Below, piece by piece: positions 1-9,797 of a stretch of DNA of 64,000 nucleotides. The notes beneath the pieces are model-generated. The model ran no database searches. It was not told the DNA's origin and was given only the letters and a program-made list of their open reading frames with translations. Location: IMG/VR virus record IMGVR_UViG_3300027815_000006, positions 28,389 to 92,388 of that record; one strand, 5' to 3'. Each line of letters begins with the position of its first letter. Within the stretch, counting starts at the first letter, position 1. Both the position numbers and the translations under genes were made by a program. The stretch is from a virus.

Positions 1-1675
1 CGTACGGAGAGTACGCCTTGGCCGTGTCCCCCAGGTTCTCCGTGTGCGTCGTGGCGCTGGCCACGAGGTAGTAGGAGATCTGGATGAGCGTGCCGCCCCG
101 CGGGAGGAAGCCCGTGCGGAAGTTCAGCACACCCGTCGTGTAGTTGATCGAGTTGGCCGCCAACCCGAGGTAGGCCGTGGTGTACGTCCCGTCCAGGACG
201 CCCGCAGCCCCCGTGAGACCCCCCACCCCGTTGTCGGTGATGGTGCGCACGACCCCGGCGGTGTCGGTGTAGGTGATGGACACCGTACGCGCCTGAATGG
301 GGATGCCCGCCAGCGTGAGCGTCACGGTCCCGCTGCCTGCGGTCCCCGCGCCTCCCGCGAGCTGCACGATCTGCTGCCGCGCCTGGAGCTGCCTGGGCGC
401 CTCGACCCCGGAAGGCTCCGTGATGGTGATGTAGTCCGACAGCTCGTTGAGCACGTCCACCCACCACTGCGGCGAGGTGGAATCGTTCATCACGAGATCG
501 TCGTACGTCTCCACCACGTCGGAGCGCAGCGTTGCGGGGTTGTAGAGGTACACCGCCGCCTTGAACTTGGTGTACTGCCCCGTGGCGGGGGTGAACCCCA
601 GGGGGTCCCCGCTCACTCGGAGGGAGAGCCCCTGAAGGACACCTCCCACAAGGGCCCCACCCCAGGCACCAGGAGACGCCGCGCGCAGCGCGTAGGTCGC
701 CGTCTGGTAGGTGGCCAGGATGCGCGCGTTGAGGTAGGGCGTGCCCCCCGCCGTGGTCGTGAAGGTGTACGCGCCTGTCGCCGGAGTGAGGGTGCTCCCC
801 CCCGCGAGACCCGAACCCGTGAGCGCACTCACGCCCGCGACGGGCGCCGCCGCCGTCGCCGTGAAGGTGGTGGTCGCGCGGTTGTAGCTCACCGTGAGGG
901 AGGTGGCGATCACCGCGCCGTTGGGGATGTCCGTCCCCGCGAAAAGGATGCTCCAGCTCCGCGTGCGATGATCGAAGGTCATCACCGAGCCCTGCGCCGT
1001 GGTCGCAGAGAGCACCCCGTTGGTAGGCGTGCCCGTGATCGCCTGCGTGCGTGCGCCCGCACCGTCGGGGTTCCATGACACCACGATGGTGCCGGGAACC
1101 ACCACGTCCAGTTCCGCGTCATAGGCAGGAGCCCCCGTGGGGTTGATGACCCCCTCGTAGGCCGCCGTGCCGTTCACCAGGGTGTGCAGCGTCACTCCGT
1201 CCCGCTGGTAGAGGCGCTCGCCCGCCACCGCCGCCCCGGTCCCGCGCCAGCGCAGGGAGAAGGACGTGGCCAGAACAGGAGCCGCTCCCGCGTAGACCGC
1301 CAGAGGCGTCGTTGCGCTCGTCTTGGCGTAGGGCCCGATGCCCCCGGAACCCAGCTCGATCTGCTGGTCCGTGACCTGACTACGAAGCTCCCCCGTCGCC
1401 GTCACCGCATCCGAAGGCGTCACGCGGACGACGTGCGCCTGCGACCCCCCGTTGGCGAAGAAGGCCGCGAGGGTCTGCGCCAGGAGCGAACTGCGCGTGA
1501 AACCCCCGAAGATCCGCTGGAACTCCGCGAAGGAGGTGACGAGCGTGGCCTTGTTCGCCTTGCCCTGCGGGGTGAACCCCAGCACACCACACGCCGAGGA
1601 GGACACAGGGGATGTGATCTGCACCCCACCCGGAACTTCCTCGATGTAGACGCCAGGAACGACGAGCTCTGCCAT
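1..1675 (-). CDS. Contractile tail sheath protein (partial, runs off left edge)
   Basis: Not in the ORF track. Manual translation from ATG 1675 gives MAELVVPGVYIEEVPGG...VLGFTPQG...LVTSFAEFQRIFGG...AAFFANGGRRAHVVRV, the classic sheath N-terminus. Confidence 0.92.
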   Translation of the reverse strand, partial: MAELVVPGVYIEEVPGGVQITSPVSSSACGVLGFTPQGKANKATLVTSFAEFQRIFGGFTRSSLLAQTLAAFFANGGSQAHVVRVTPSDAVTATGELRSQVTDQQIELGSGGIGPYAKTSATTPLAVYAGAAPVLATSFSLRWRGTGAAVAGERLYQRDGVTLHTLVNGTAAYEGVINPTGAPAYDAELDVVVPGTIVVSWNPDGAGARTQAITGTPTNGVLSATTAQGSVMTFDHRTRSWSILFAGTDIPNGAVIATSLTVSYNRATTTFTATAAAPVAGVSALTGSGLAGGSTLTPATGAYTFTTTAGGTPYLNARILATYQTATYALRAASPGAWGGALVGGVLQGLSLRVSGDPLGFTPATGQYTKFKAAVYLYNPATLRSDVVETYDDLVMNDSTSPQWWVDVLNELSDYITITEPSGVEAPRQLQARQQIVQLAGGAGTAGSGTVTLTLAGIPIQARTVSITYTDTAGVVRTITDNGVGGLTGAAGVLDGTYTTAYLGLAANSINYTTGVLNFRTGFLPRGGTLIQISYYLVASATTHTENLGDTAKAYSPY

Positions 1676-1687
1676 GTGTACGTCTCC

Positions 1688-2029
1688 TTACCGCCGCCGC
1701 TTGAACCCCGAGGAAGGTGCGTCCGTCACTTCCGGAGAAGGGACCTCCCCGCCCTCCGTAGGTACCTCTTCACTTCGAGGCGCTTCCTCGAAGGACAACG
1801 CCGCCCCCGAAACGACAGCGATCTCTACCACCGCGGGAGTGGAGATCACCACCACATCGGGCTCCTCGGGGAGACGCACCAGCACACCCGTGTACAGCGC
1901 ATCCCGAACCGCGGGGGACGTGTCCTCCCCTTGGGAGAACTCCACGACGGCCTTCGGCCCGATGGTGAAGGTCTTGTCCCCTGCGGTGATCGGCACCGGG
2001 CGTCGTGTGGTGTTGAAGTACCTGCCCAC
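1688..2029 (-). CDS. Hypothetical virion-associated protein
   Basis: 113 aa, tightly packed between tail completion and sheath genes. Confidence 0.6.
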   Translation of the reverse strand: MGRYFNTTRRPVPITAGDKTFTIGPKAVVEFSQGEDTSPAVRDALYTGVLVRLPEEPDVVVISTPAVVEIAVVSGAALSFEEAPRSEEVPTEGGEVPSPEVTDAPSSGFKRRR

Positions 2030-2038
2030 GTCTGGACC

Positions 2039-2758
2039 TTACCTTGTGACGATGCGGCGGGTCAACCCCGCGTGCACCGTCGGCGCGGAAACTTCCTCCC
2101 CTACATCCAATTCACCCTCGACTCTGATAGACAGATTGAAGGCGACTGTGCGGTCCGACACATCGAAGATGTCGTCCGCGGCATCCATGGACTCCAGGTA
2201 GGCATCGTAGGTGCGCGCATCCCCTACGGAGTCCGTGACGGTGATGAAGCCGTGCGGGTGGAACCGTCGTAGCGCATGACGAAACATAGCCTGCGCCCCT
2301 GTCCTCCGCACCTCGGACACCAGGAGCGTGTAGGACAGATCCATCGGGAGCGCCTGTCCCTTGCCCACCCGGCGACGGAACCCCGCGCGAACAGCACCGT
2401 TCTTGAGCACGGCAGATGCCGCGGCGGAGGTGCTGTCGAAGATGTTGTACTGCTGCGCGCCGGGGTGCCAGCGGTTCATCGCCGGAGCGTGGCTGTCCCG
2501 CCGGAACAGGAAGAAGGGCTGGACGTAGCGCTGGAAGGCATCCTCCGGGTTGGCGGCGTAGACGGGGATGCCTGCAAACCCAGGCGGAGGAGCTACCCCC
2601 TCCACCGTCACGAGGTAGGCCGGATCCGCGGAGGAGCTCTCACCTAGCACCGCCCCCAGTTGCGTGACCATCCCGAGGTCAAAGTCCCGGAGGAAGACCT
2701 CGCCGTTGCGTGCGCGGCCTTGCCTCCGATCCTCGGCTGTCCCCTCGGGGGGCGACAC
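2039..2758 (-). CDS. Putative tail completion / sheath terminator protein (gp15-like position)
   Basis: 239 aa, protein-like composition, upstream of sheath and downstream of neck genes; assignment by synteny. Confidence 0.55.
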   Translation of the reverse strand: MSPPEGTAEDRRQGRARNGEVFLRDFDLGMVTQLGAVLGESSSADPAYLVTVEGVAPPPGFAGIPVYAANPEDAFQRYVQPFFLFRRDSHAPAMNRWHPGAQQYNIFDSTSAAASAVLKNGAVRAGFRRRVGKGQALPMDLSYTLLVSEVRRTGAQAMFRHALRRFHPHGFITVTDSVGDARTYDAYLESMDAADDIFDVSDRTVAFNLSIRVEGELDVGEEVSAPTVHAGLTRRIVTR

Positions 2759-2764
2759 GGGTCA

Positions 2765-3145
2765 CTACTCGGAGTTGGCCTCCAGCTCCGCCAGGACGCG
2801 ACCCTTCAGGTCTGCCGTGCGAAGCTGGGCCAGAAGCTCCCCAACCTCCTCCTCGGAGGGCTCGGCGTCGTCCTCCCCAGGGAGGGCTGTGACCGCGCCC
2901 TCCCCGGAGAGCGTGTCCATCACCTCGTAGAGGATGCCGTCCACGTCCTCCTCGTCCACCTCGAAGGCGTCCATCGCCGCCTCGTAGATGTCCGCGAGGT
3001 ATGCCTCCAGCGCCTGCTCCTCGTCCCCGAGAAGCGGCTCGGCGTCGGGACCGGGCACCTCCCGCGACTTGGAGGCCGGAGAGGATGCAGGAACGGGGGC
3101 TGTGGCCCCTTCGACCAGAAGACGCAGACGTTGGAGAAGCGACAT
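2765..3145 (-). CDS. Acidic hypothetical protein, possible internal head protein
   Basis: 126 aa, very D/E-rich, N-terminal LLVEG. Confidence 0.6.
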   Translation of the reverse strand: MSLLQRLRLLVEGATAPVPASSPASKSREVPGPDAEPLLGDEEQALEAYLADIYEAAMDAFEVDEEDVDGILYEVMDTLSGEGAVTALPGEDDAEPSEEEVGELLAQLRTADLKGRVLAELEANSE

Positions 3146-3152
3146 GGGTTCC

Positions 3153-3947
3153 TCATGGGCGCCGAAGAAGGCGCCGTTGAAACAGACGATACCTCTGAAC
3201 TGACCGCAAGGGTACCAGAACCATTTTTCCTGGCCACCGCTGCCACTTGTAGAAGGTGGAATCCGTCAAGGCCCTGTGGAACTCCCGCCGCCGCCAGAGC
3301 TGTCGCACCCTGGACCGTACGGTCCGAAGGGTGGGGAGCCACAGAGGCCGCGCCTGCGTCGCCTTGGATCCGAACTCCATACGAAGCACCTGGAACGCCA
3401 AGTCCTCTACAACCCGGAGCCCCTCGGAGGGCCTGGGCATCGGCAATCGCACCCCAGCCTGAGACAACGCCGTGCGCCACGCCGTCGCGTCTGCCGCCCG
3501 GAGACGCCGTACCCCCGCCACCTCATCCCGCGTCACCGTCCGATACACCACCCGCGCCGCCCCCCTCGGGGGCTGAACAGGAAGCACATCGGTGGGCCAG
3601 GGAGAATACTGACGGAGAATGTCAATCACCTTCGATGGAGGCTGCCCCTTACGAGGCCGGACGTAGACGACCTGACTGGCCGTGTCGAGTTCCAGGAGCC
3701 GTTTTCGGAGAGGTTCCCCCCTGAGAACGATGGCGAAAGCCTCTCCGGGGCGGAACTTCGTACGCGCAAGAGACAGCCTGGAGGCGTAGGAGGCGTCCAT
3801 AGCGTCCGCCCCCTCTTGGAGGCGCTGGAGCGCGTCCCGCGCGAGGATCTCCAGGGCGCGAGCCTGAAGATGCTGCACCCGGAGGGTGAGCTCCTTGGCG
3901 ACCTTGAAGACCCGCTGGTTATTCTTGAGGGGCTGGATCTCCCACAC
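3153..3947 (-). CDS. Basic virion morphogenesis protein (neck/tail region)
   Basis: 264 aa in the neck operon, overlapping the upstream gene. Confidence 0.55.
   Translation of the reverse strand: MWEIQPLKNNQRVFKVAKELTLRVQHLQARALEILARDALQRLQEGADAMDASYASRLSLARTKFRPGEAFAIVLRGEPLRKRLLELDTASQVVYVRPRKGQPPSKVIDILRQYSPWPTDVLPVQPPRGAARVVYRTVTRDEVAGVRRLRAADATAWRTALSQAGVRLPMPRPSEGLRVVEDLAFQVLRMEFGSKATQARPLWLPTLRTVRSRVRQLWRRREFHRALTDSTFYKWQRWPGKMVLVPLRSVQRYRLFQRRLLRRP
3312..3325. repeat. Dispersed palindrome GGACCGTACGGTCC
   Basis: Perfect copy, intragenic. Confidence 0.95.
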
Positions 3948-4347
3948 GCTCTGCGTCCTTTCGTGCGTAGTAGGTCTCGACCTCCTCTACCAACCGGGCA
4001 AACCGCGAGGGGCCCGGGTACTGAACAAGACGTACCCGCCCGTGATGCAGGAGCACGAAGCGGCGCTTGGACGTTTGCAGCATAGGTAGGTGAGCCTCGC
4101 ACAGCCCCAGCTCCGCCAGGGAGTCCAGATCCCGAACGAGTTGCTGCACCTCCGCCCCACAGACGAAGCACAGCGCGTCCTTCCGCAGCGGACCCTTGTA
4201 CTCCGGGAACGCCATGCCCCGAAGGACGGAACCGCAGTGCGGGCGCCCGCAGGTAAGGTTACCGAGGGCCCTGGACGTGTGATGGTGCTCGCAGGACGCA
4301 CAGAACACCGAGAACCCGTCTGCCACCGCGCGCTCGAAGGGCGTCAT
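3919..4347 (-). CDS. Cys-rich (zinc-binding) hypothetical protein
   Basis: CASC, CGRPHC, CFVC and CEAH motifs; ATGA coupling with the upstream gene. Confidence 0.65.
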   Translation of the reverse strand: MTPFERAVADGFSVFCASCEHHHTSRALGNLTCGRPHCGSVLRGMAFPEYKGPLRKDALCFVCGAEVQQLVRDLDSLAELGLCEAHLPMLQTSKRRFVLLHHGRVRLVQYPGPSRFARLVEEVETYYARKDAERVGDPAPQE

Positions 4348-4925
4348 CGGCGCACGTCAATGCGCCGCTCCGGCGCGAAGTTGGTGACCCTGGTGAGGTT
4401 CAAGGCGATCCCTACGAAGGCCACGTCGGTGAACAGATGCCCCGCATCCGAGACATTCGTGATGGAGAAGTAGAAGCGTTCCCCCGGAAGGTTGTCCCCC
4501 TGCTGCGCCTCGTTGTGGTCGAAGAACGCGCTCCGCCAGAACCCGAGCACGTCCCCTTCGGAGGGCGCGTAGCCCCCCTCCGCCGCCCCGGAGTCCTCCC
4601 ACGCCTTGCGCGCGATCCACGCAGCTGCCGTCCAGGCTGCACGGTACCCCTCCTCACGGACCTCCGGGATGGCGTCCGGTGCGTCCACATGCGCAAACAG
4701 CTTGTAGGGCCCCGCAAACTCGCGCTTGAGGGACTCGCCGTAGAGCGGATCTCGTTGAGCCGCGGTGTGCTCCCGAAGCGCCCAGTATTCCACCTCCACC
4801 CCGGAGATGGCCGTAGACTCCTTCGCCCAGACATCCTGAATCTCCAGGTCCCGCCCATCCAGACGCAGGGGCCCGGAAGGGTAGGGCTTCACGAGGCGCT
4901 GGAACCGCATGGGACGCACCGGCAT
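4344..4925 (-). CDS. Head closure / neck protein (T4 gp14-like)
   Basis: DPLYGE motif and P-x-EGD motif; follows the gp13-like gene. Confidence 0.65.
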   Translation of the reverse strand: MPVRPMRFQRLVKPYPSGPLRLDGRDLEIQDVWAKESTAISGVEVEYWALREHTAAQRDPLYGESLKREFAGPYKLFAHVDAPDAIPEVREEGYRAAWTAAAWIARKAWEDSGAAEGGYAPSEGDVLGFWRSAFFDHNEAQQGDNLPGERFYFSITNVSDAGHLFTDVAFVGIALNLTRVTNFAPERRIDVRR

Positions 4926-4928
4926 GGG

Positions 4929-5657
4929 TCACCCGATGAGGATGGGGAGTGGGAGGCCCGCCTGCATGATCTCTTCATTTAGAGCCTCGATGGCGTCGCT
5001 GGCCTCCTGGAGGAGCGTAGCCCCGTCGAGCCCCGTGGAACCCGCGGCGGTCTGCGCGCTGTCGTACTTGGAGCGCACGCGCCCCAGCTTCTCCTTGCTC
5101 CTGGCGAGGGTCATACGCCGCACGAGGTCATAGGCCCGGTTGTCCAGCTCGCTCAGGACTACGAGGTTCGCCTTGAACTGCACCCGGAGCCTGGAGGCGC
5201 TGGGCGCCGCGAAGATGTAGAGCGTCCGCCCCTCCTGCCGCCAGTCGGGCTCTGCGGAGGTCACCCTGCGCGCCATGTCGAGGTACTGCATGGTCTGCAC
5301 GAGGTTCGAGAAACGCCCTCCGTCGTTGGCACCGTAGAACAGGGACGCCGGGACGGCCTGCCCAGGGAGGAGCCACGCACCCGGGACGATGAAGGAGAGG
5401 TCCGTGGCCCGGAGCGGCCAGTCGATGTTGAGCACCGTGTCCACGTCCGCGGGGATCGTGTACCGCGAGTCCCCCTGCGCCACGTCCAGGAAGTAGTACC
5501 GGGTGACCCCCAGCCGCACGGAGAACCAGAGCTTCGCGTCGTTCACCGCGTCCTCCAGGTCCTCCCGGGTGAGCTCCACCTCCAGCTGCGGAGCTCCTAG
5601 CCGCCGCAGAATCCACTGCTGGATGTCTTCCTCGGACTGACGGACAGGTTCGACCAC
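4929..5657 (-). CDS. Neck protein / head-tail adaptor (T4 gp13-like)
   Basis: N-terminal ILRRLGAPQLEVELT..LEDAVNDA and C-terminal LGRVRSKY...LDGATLLQEA...IG, typical of gp13. Confidence 0.85.
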   Translation of the reverse strand: MVEPVRQSEEDIQQWILRRLGAPQLEVELTREDLEDAVNDAKLWFSVRLGVTRYYFLDVAQGDSRYTIPADVDTVLNIDWPLRATDLSFIVPGAWLLPGQAVPASLFYGANDGGRFSNLVQTMQYLDMARRVTSAEPDWRQEGRTLYIFAAPSASRLRVQFKANLVVLSELDNRAYDLVRRMTLARSKEKLGRVRSKYDSAQTAAGSTGLDGATLLQEASDAIEALNEEIMQAGLPLPILIG

Positions 5658-5660
5658 AGA

Positions 5661-5834
5661 TCACCCCGTCAGTTTCGGACGCTCGGTGTTCTGCGTCCCG
5701 GTGAGGTAGGACTTCCCCTCCTTATCACGGACCTCCGTGAAGCCGCAGGTGGTGCATCGAACCCGCGTGGTGTTCGCCCCCGCCGCTTCGAGAATGAGCG
5801 TGGTGTGGCCCTTCGGGCACTTCGAGGGAATCAT
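5661..5834 (-). CDS. Small zinc-ribbon protein (57 aa)
   Basis: Manual translation MIPSKCPKGH...RCTTCGF; ATGA overlap with the upstream gene; below the track cutoff. Confidence 0.6.
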   Translation of the reverse strand: MIPSKCPKGHTTLILEAAGANTTRVRCTTCGFTEVRDKEGKSYLTGTQNTERPKLTG

Positions 5835-6184
5835 GGTTGCCTCCTCCGCCGTCTTGAGAACTCAGGCACGACAGGGGCCTCCCCGCCGCTGGCTCCCTCT
5901 ACGTCGTACCCACGGACCCCCGAAGGCACCTTTGGAGGCCCCGGGATCTCAATGACGTCCGCCGCGCCCGCTAGCTCCGCAGGGAACTGCACGAAAAAGG
6001 GCGTCATCGCCTTCGCAAGAGGCTGCGGCACCTGTGCGGGCGTTTCCGGAGCGCGCTCGAAGATCTCCGGGTACCTCTCCGCCAGCGGCTCGGAGGACCA
6101 CCGCCTGTCTCCCGGACGAAGCCATCCCCACCCGGAGAGGAACCGCAACGCCACCCCAGGTAGAGTCTTGACCACGAACTCCAT
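5831..6184 (-). CDS. Hypothetical protein
   Basis: 117 aa, operon packing. Confidence 0.55.
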   Translation of the reverse strand: MEFVVKTLPGVALRFLSGWGWLRPGDRRWSSEPLAERYPEIFERAPETPAQVPQPLAKAMTPFFVQFPAELAGAADVIEIPGPPKVPSGVRGYDVEGASGGEAPVVPEFSRRRRRQP

Positions 6185-6193
6185 GGAAACAGC

Positions 6194-6868
6194 CTACGCC
6201 AGCGATTCTCCCGTGTCATCCCCCGAGGGGTCGGAACCTACCGTGGGAGTCGCTTCGGAGGCGGGCGGGGGTACCGGAGCCCCGAGAGCTCCGGCCCGCT
6301 GACGCAGCTCGGCGGCCTGAGCCTCCAGCGCCGCGGCCTGCCGATACAAAAAACCTCGCAGATCCTCGCCCTGCTCGCTGAGTACCCCCTGCGCCCGATG
6401 CGTCGCCTGTGGGGCCCCGCGGACAGCTTCGGACCGTACGGTCCGAGGTCGCGGGGGAGGAGAGAATACAGGCTCGTCCTCCGCATCCTCATCTTCGGCG
6501 GACGACGAGGACGAGGGTGCGGTGTTCGTCCGCAGTGTCGCGGCGAAATTGAATCCCCCCTTCGGAATAGAAGCGCGCACCCCCGGAGCACGGGCTTCTG
6601 GAGCCTGGGCCCCCGACGCGCGACCCTCCGTCACAGGCCGGGAGGGTGTCTCCGCGAACCCTCCCCCGAAATCGTCCTGCCCGTAGGGGTCCCTCTCCAG
6701 GGGCTCTACCTTGGAGAGGATGGCGTCCAGATCCATCCCCCGCGAAGACGATGCGCGCCGTACGGGCTGCCTGGACTCCTGGGTAGGAGAGGACTCCGCG
6801 CGGCGGTGAGGCCAGTCCTGCGTCCCGCCCCGCTTCAGAAGTGCTCGAAGCTCATCCGTTTTTCCCAT
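6194..6868 (-). CDS. Low-complexity hypothetical protein
   Basis: Likely start MGKTDELR at 6868, 7 nt after a TATGGT -10 box. Confidence 0.55.
   Translation of the reverse strand: MGKTDELRALLKRGGTQDWPHRRAESSPTQESRQPVRRASSSRGMDLDAILSKVEPLERDPYGQDDFGGGFAETPSRPVTEGRASGAQAPEARAPGVRASIPKGGFNFAATLRTNTAPSSSSSAEDEDAEDEPVFSPPPRPRTVRSEAVRGAPQATHRAQGVLSEQGEDLRGFLYRQAAALEAQAAELRQRAGALGAPVPPPASEATPTVGSDPSGDDTGESLA
6431..6444. repeat. Dispersed palindrome GGACCGTACGGTCC
   Basis: Perfect copy, intragenic. Confidence 0.95.
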
Positions 6869-6901
6869 GAGAGATACCATACCACACTTCGAGGAGCGCG
6901 G

Positions 6902-7477
6902 TCAGAAGTAGGTGGTCGAGAGATACCACTGACACGGAAAACCAGCGCCTCTGACGCGCACCACGACCTTCCACTGCCCGGACACCAACGCCACGTCCAG
7001 CACCGCCGTCCACGGAAGCGTACCGTGGAGCACAGACACCATAATATCCCCCGAAACAGAGGGATTAGACGCGCCGTTACGGGCGACGATGGCGGACAGC
7101 TCCCACGCCTGCGCCTGGGAGAGGTCTGTTCTACGGGCCTTCACGCGCACGCGCATGAGGAGGGTGGCGTCCGGCGTGACCTCGATGCCTGTGTCTGCGA
7201 CCACCTCTTCAGAAGCCAGGGTAGTCGCATAGGCGAGCTGGATCGGCTCGGGCTGCGCGTACTCCCTTGGAGAGCCGGAGGCGATGGGAAGCTCCAGGAG
7301 GGAGTCCGGGCTGTCCCCTGGCTGCGCCTTGAACAAAAGGCGCGAAAACGCGGTGCCCTGCTGCTCCAGAATGAAGAGCCCCAGCGGCAAACCACCCACC
7401 CCGCCCACCTGGGAGGTGAGGGTCACCACCTGCCCGCGCGTCATCACCGCGATCTTGTGTTCCCGCGAGGCGACCAT
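6902..7477 (-). CDS. Hypothetical beta-rich structural protein
   Basis: 191 aa; its C-terminal half resembles in pattern the C-terminal domain of the neighbouring 521-aa fibre. Confidence 0.55.
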   Translation of the reverse strand: MVASREHKIAVMTRGQVVTLTSQVGGVGGLPLGLFILEQQGTAFSRLLFKAQPGDSPDSLLELPIASGSPREYAQPEPIQLAYATTLASEEVVADTGIEVTPDATLLMRVRVKARRTDLSQAQAWELSAIVARNGASNPSVSGDIMVSVLHGTLPWTAVLDVALVSGQWKVVVRVRGAGFPCQWYLSTTYF

Positions 7478-7486
7478 CCGTGCGCA

Positions 7487-7515
7487 ACCCTAACGAAAGC
7501 TAACGAGATTGACAA
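7487..7515 (-). promoter_or_regulatory. sigma70-type promoter
   Basis: TTGTCA-N17-TAGGGT, 9 nt before ATG 7477. Confidence 0.55.
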
Positions 7516-7638
7516 TCCGCAGGAACATGAAACCGGCCAGACAATTCGTAAAGGAAGGGAGCTAGAGCGGTTGACGCCCCCCAGATTTTCGGAAAACTGC
7601 ATGGGGACGGAACCAACCCCGACCGGAGATAGACCCCC

Positions 7639-9204
7639 ATGGCTCTTCAGTACGCACTCTACACGTCCACCTACGACACGGTGGCCAGTGGGCAGATCGC
7701 CAACGATGCGGTCACCACCAACAAGATCCTCGACGCCAGCGTCACGGCGGCGAAGATCGGCACGGACGCCGTGACCACGGCGAAGATCCTCGACGCCAAC
7801 ATCACGGCGGCGAAGCTGGCCACGGACTCCGTGACCCAGCTCAAGATCGCGGACGGCGCCGTGGTCGCCGCCAAGCTGGCCACGGACTCCGTGACCACGG
7901 CGAAGATCGCCGCCCTCGCGGTCACGGCGGCGAAGGCCGACCTCACGGGGCTCTGGAGCTTCTCCGCGAACATGCTGCGCGTCGCGGGCACCCCCAGCGC
8001 GAGCACCGACGTGGCGAACAAGGACTACGTGGACTCGGTGTCCCAGGGCCTCGACGCCAAGCCCTCGGTCCGTGCCCTGAGCGACGCCAACATCAACACC
8101 TCGTCCCCTGGCGCCTCCCTGGACGGCGTGACCCTGGCGGCCTCGGACAGGATCCTCCTGACGGGACAGACCACCGCGTCGCAGAACGGCATCTGGGTGT
8201 GGAACGGCGCCGCCTCGGCGCTGACCCGCCCCTCGGACTTCAACACCGGCGCCGTGGTCGCCGGGGCCTTCACCTTCGTGGAGGAGGGCACCACATACGC
8301 GGACACCGGCTGGACCTGTTCGTCCAACGCCAGCGCGGCCACCGTCGGCACCAACAACCTGACCTTCGTGCAGTTCTCTGCCGCGGGGCAGATCTCGGCG
8401 GGCGACGGTCTGTCCAAGACCGGCAACACCCTCGCCGTCAACGTGGACAACTCCTCCCTCCAGATCACCTCGGACACCCTCTCGGTGAAGGCGGCGGGGA
8501 TCGCGGAGTCGCACCTCAACACCAGCGTCGCCGGAAGCGGCCTCGCGGGAGGTGGCGGTACGGCCCTGTCCGTCAACGTGGACAGCGTGGGCATCGAGAT
8601 CAACACCGACACGCTGCGCCTGAAGGACCTCGGCGTCACCACGGCCAAGCTCGCGGCCACCTCGGTCACCGCGGCCAAGCTCGGGAGCGACGTGGCCGGG
8701 AACGGCCTGACGGGCGGCAACGGCAGCGCCCTCGCGGTCAACGCCGCCAACTCCACCATCTCCGTGACGCCCACCGGCATCTCCGTCCCCGCGAGCTCCG
8801 CCAGCCAGAACGGCTACATGAGCTCCTCGGACTTCTCCAAGCTCACCAACTACGGGCCGAGCTACCTCGCCACGGGGCAGACCACCAACGCCACCGCGAC
8901 GGACATCGACCTCGGTCTCACCGTGAGCGCCTCCAGCGTCCAGGGCTTCATCGCGGAGGTGAGCGCGCTCAAGAACGACGGGAGCGTCGGGGCGAGCTAC
9001 CTCCTGCACGGGGTCTTCCGGCGCGGCTCCACGGGCAACGCCTCCATCGTCTCGGGGAACATCGCCCTCATCTCCGGGATGAGCGACAACCCCAGCCTCG
9101 CCGCGACGCTGGCGCTCTCCACCAACAACATCGTGGCCCAGGTCACCGGCCTCGCCGCGACCACGATGGACTGGCGCATCCGGGCCCACGCCTGCGAGCG
9201 ATGA
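7639..9204 (+). CDS. Tail/neck fibre-like or head decoration protein with 10-aa repeats
   Basis: Repeats of (A/S)VTxAK(I/L)xxD, then DVANKDYVD..GLDAKPSVRA..LDGVTL...DRILLTGQT..SQNGIW, a common phage fibre domain, then AG-x-GL repeats. Confidence 0.85.
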   Translation: MALQYALYTSTYDTVASGQIANDAVTTNKILDASVTAAKIGTDAVTTAKILDANITAAKLATDSVTQLKIADGAVVAAKLATDSVTTAKIAALAVTAAKADLTGLWSFSANMLRVAGTPSASTDVANKDYVDSVSQGLDAKPSVRALSDANINTSSPGASLDGVTLAASDRILLTGQTTASQNGIWVWNGAASALTRPSDFNTGAVVAGAFTFVEEGTTYADTGWTCSSNASAATVGTNNLTFVQFSAAGQISAGDGLSKTGNTLAVNVDNSSLQITSDTLSVKAAGIAESHLNTSVAGSGLAGGGGTALSVNVDSVGIEINTDTLRLKDLGVTTAKLAATSVTAAKLGSDVAGNGLTGGNGSALAVNAANSTISVTPTGISVPASSASQNGYMSSSDFSKLTNYGPSYLATGQTTNATATDIDLGLTVSASSVQGFIAEVSALKNDGSVGASYLLHGVFRRGSTGNASIVSGNIALISGMSDNPSLAATLALSTNNIVAQVTGLAATTMDWRIRAHACER

Positions 9205-9215
9205 CCTAGCGGGGT

Positions 9216-9243
9216 AGGGCTACCCTCTTCCGGAGGGTAGCCC
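9216..9243 (+). terminator. Stem-loop, probable terminator
   Basis: AGGGCTACCCTC / GAGGGTAGCCCT 12-bp stem right after the fibre gene. Confidence 0.65.
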
Positions 9244-9281
9244 TTGACCCCTCCCCAGAGTTTCCCCCATAGTGCGGGGAA

Positions 9282-9797
9282 ATGTCCCAACCCAAGACCC
9301 TCCACCACATCCTCGGTACCGTCTCCAACGCCCTGAGCGACGGCTTGGAGTTCGACGCCACAGCCCTCACCACCTGGGGTCACGACCTCGGGGTCATGGT
9401 GGGCGCGCTGGAAGCGCAACAGCTCGAAGGCGTGACGAAGCTCCGCGCGGAGAACGAACAGCTCCGGGCGCAGATCGAGAGCATCCGCACGCAGATCGCG
9501 CGCAACGACGCGCAGATCGCCGTGTGCGAAGGCGCGAAGCTCGCGTGTGGGGAGGTGTATCGCTTCATGCGCGAGAGCCTGGACGCCACGGTGTTCAAGG
9601 TCCGCACCCTGCGCCCCGCACAGCAGCCCGCGACGGTCATCGCCCCGCCCCCCGTGCCCGTCCATCCCGGCGCCCTGCGCGTACTGGACATCGGCGCCAC
9701 GGAGGACGCCAACGGCGCTGCTTCCGAGAGCCCCCCCGAACCCGAACCCGCTGAATCCACGGACTCCCCCAGGAAGAGGGCGAAGAGGCCGTCCTAG
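9282..9797 (+). CDS. Coiled-coil hypothetical protein (possible fibre chaperone)
   Basis: Heptad-rich KLRAENEQLRAQIESIRTQIARNDAQI. Confidence 0.65.
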   Translation: MSQPKTLHHILGTVSNALSDGLEFDATALTTWGHDLGVMVGALEAQQLEGVTKLRAENEQLRAQIESIRTQIARNDAQIAVCEGAKLACGEVYRFMRESLDATVFKVRTLRPAQQPATVIAPPPVPVHPGALRVLDIGATEDANGAASESPPEPEPAESTDSPRKRAKRPS

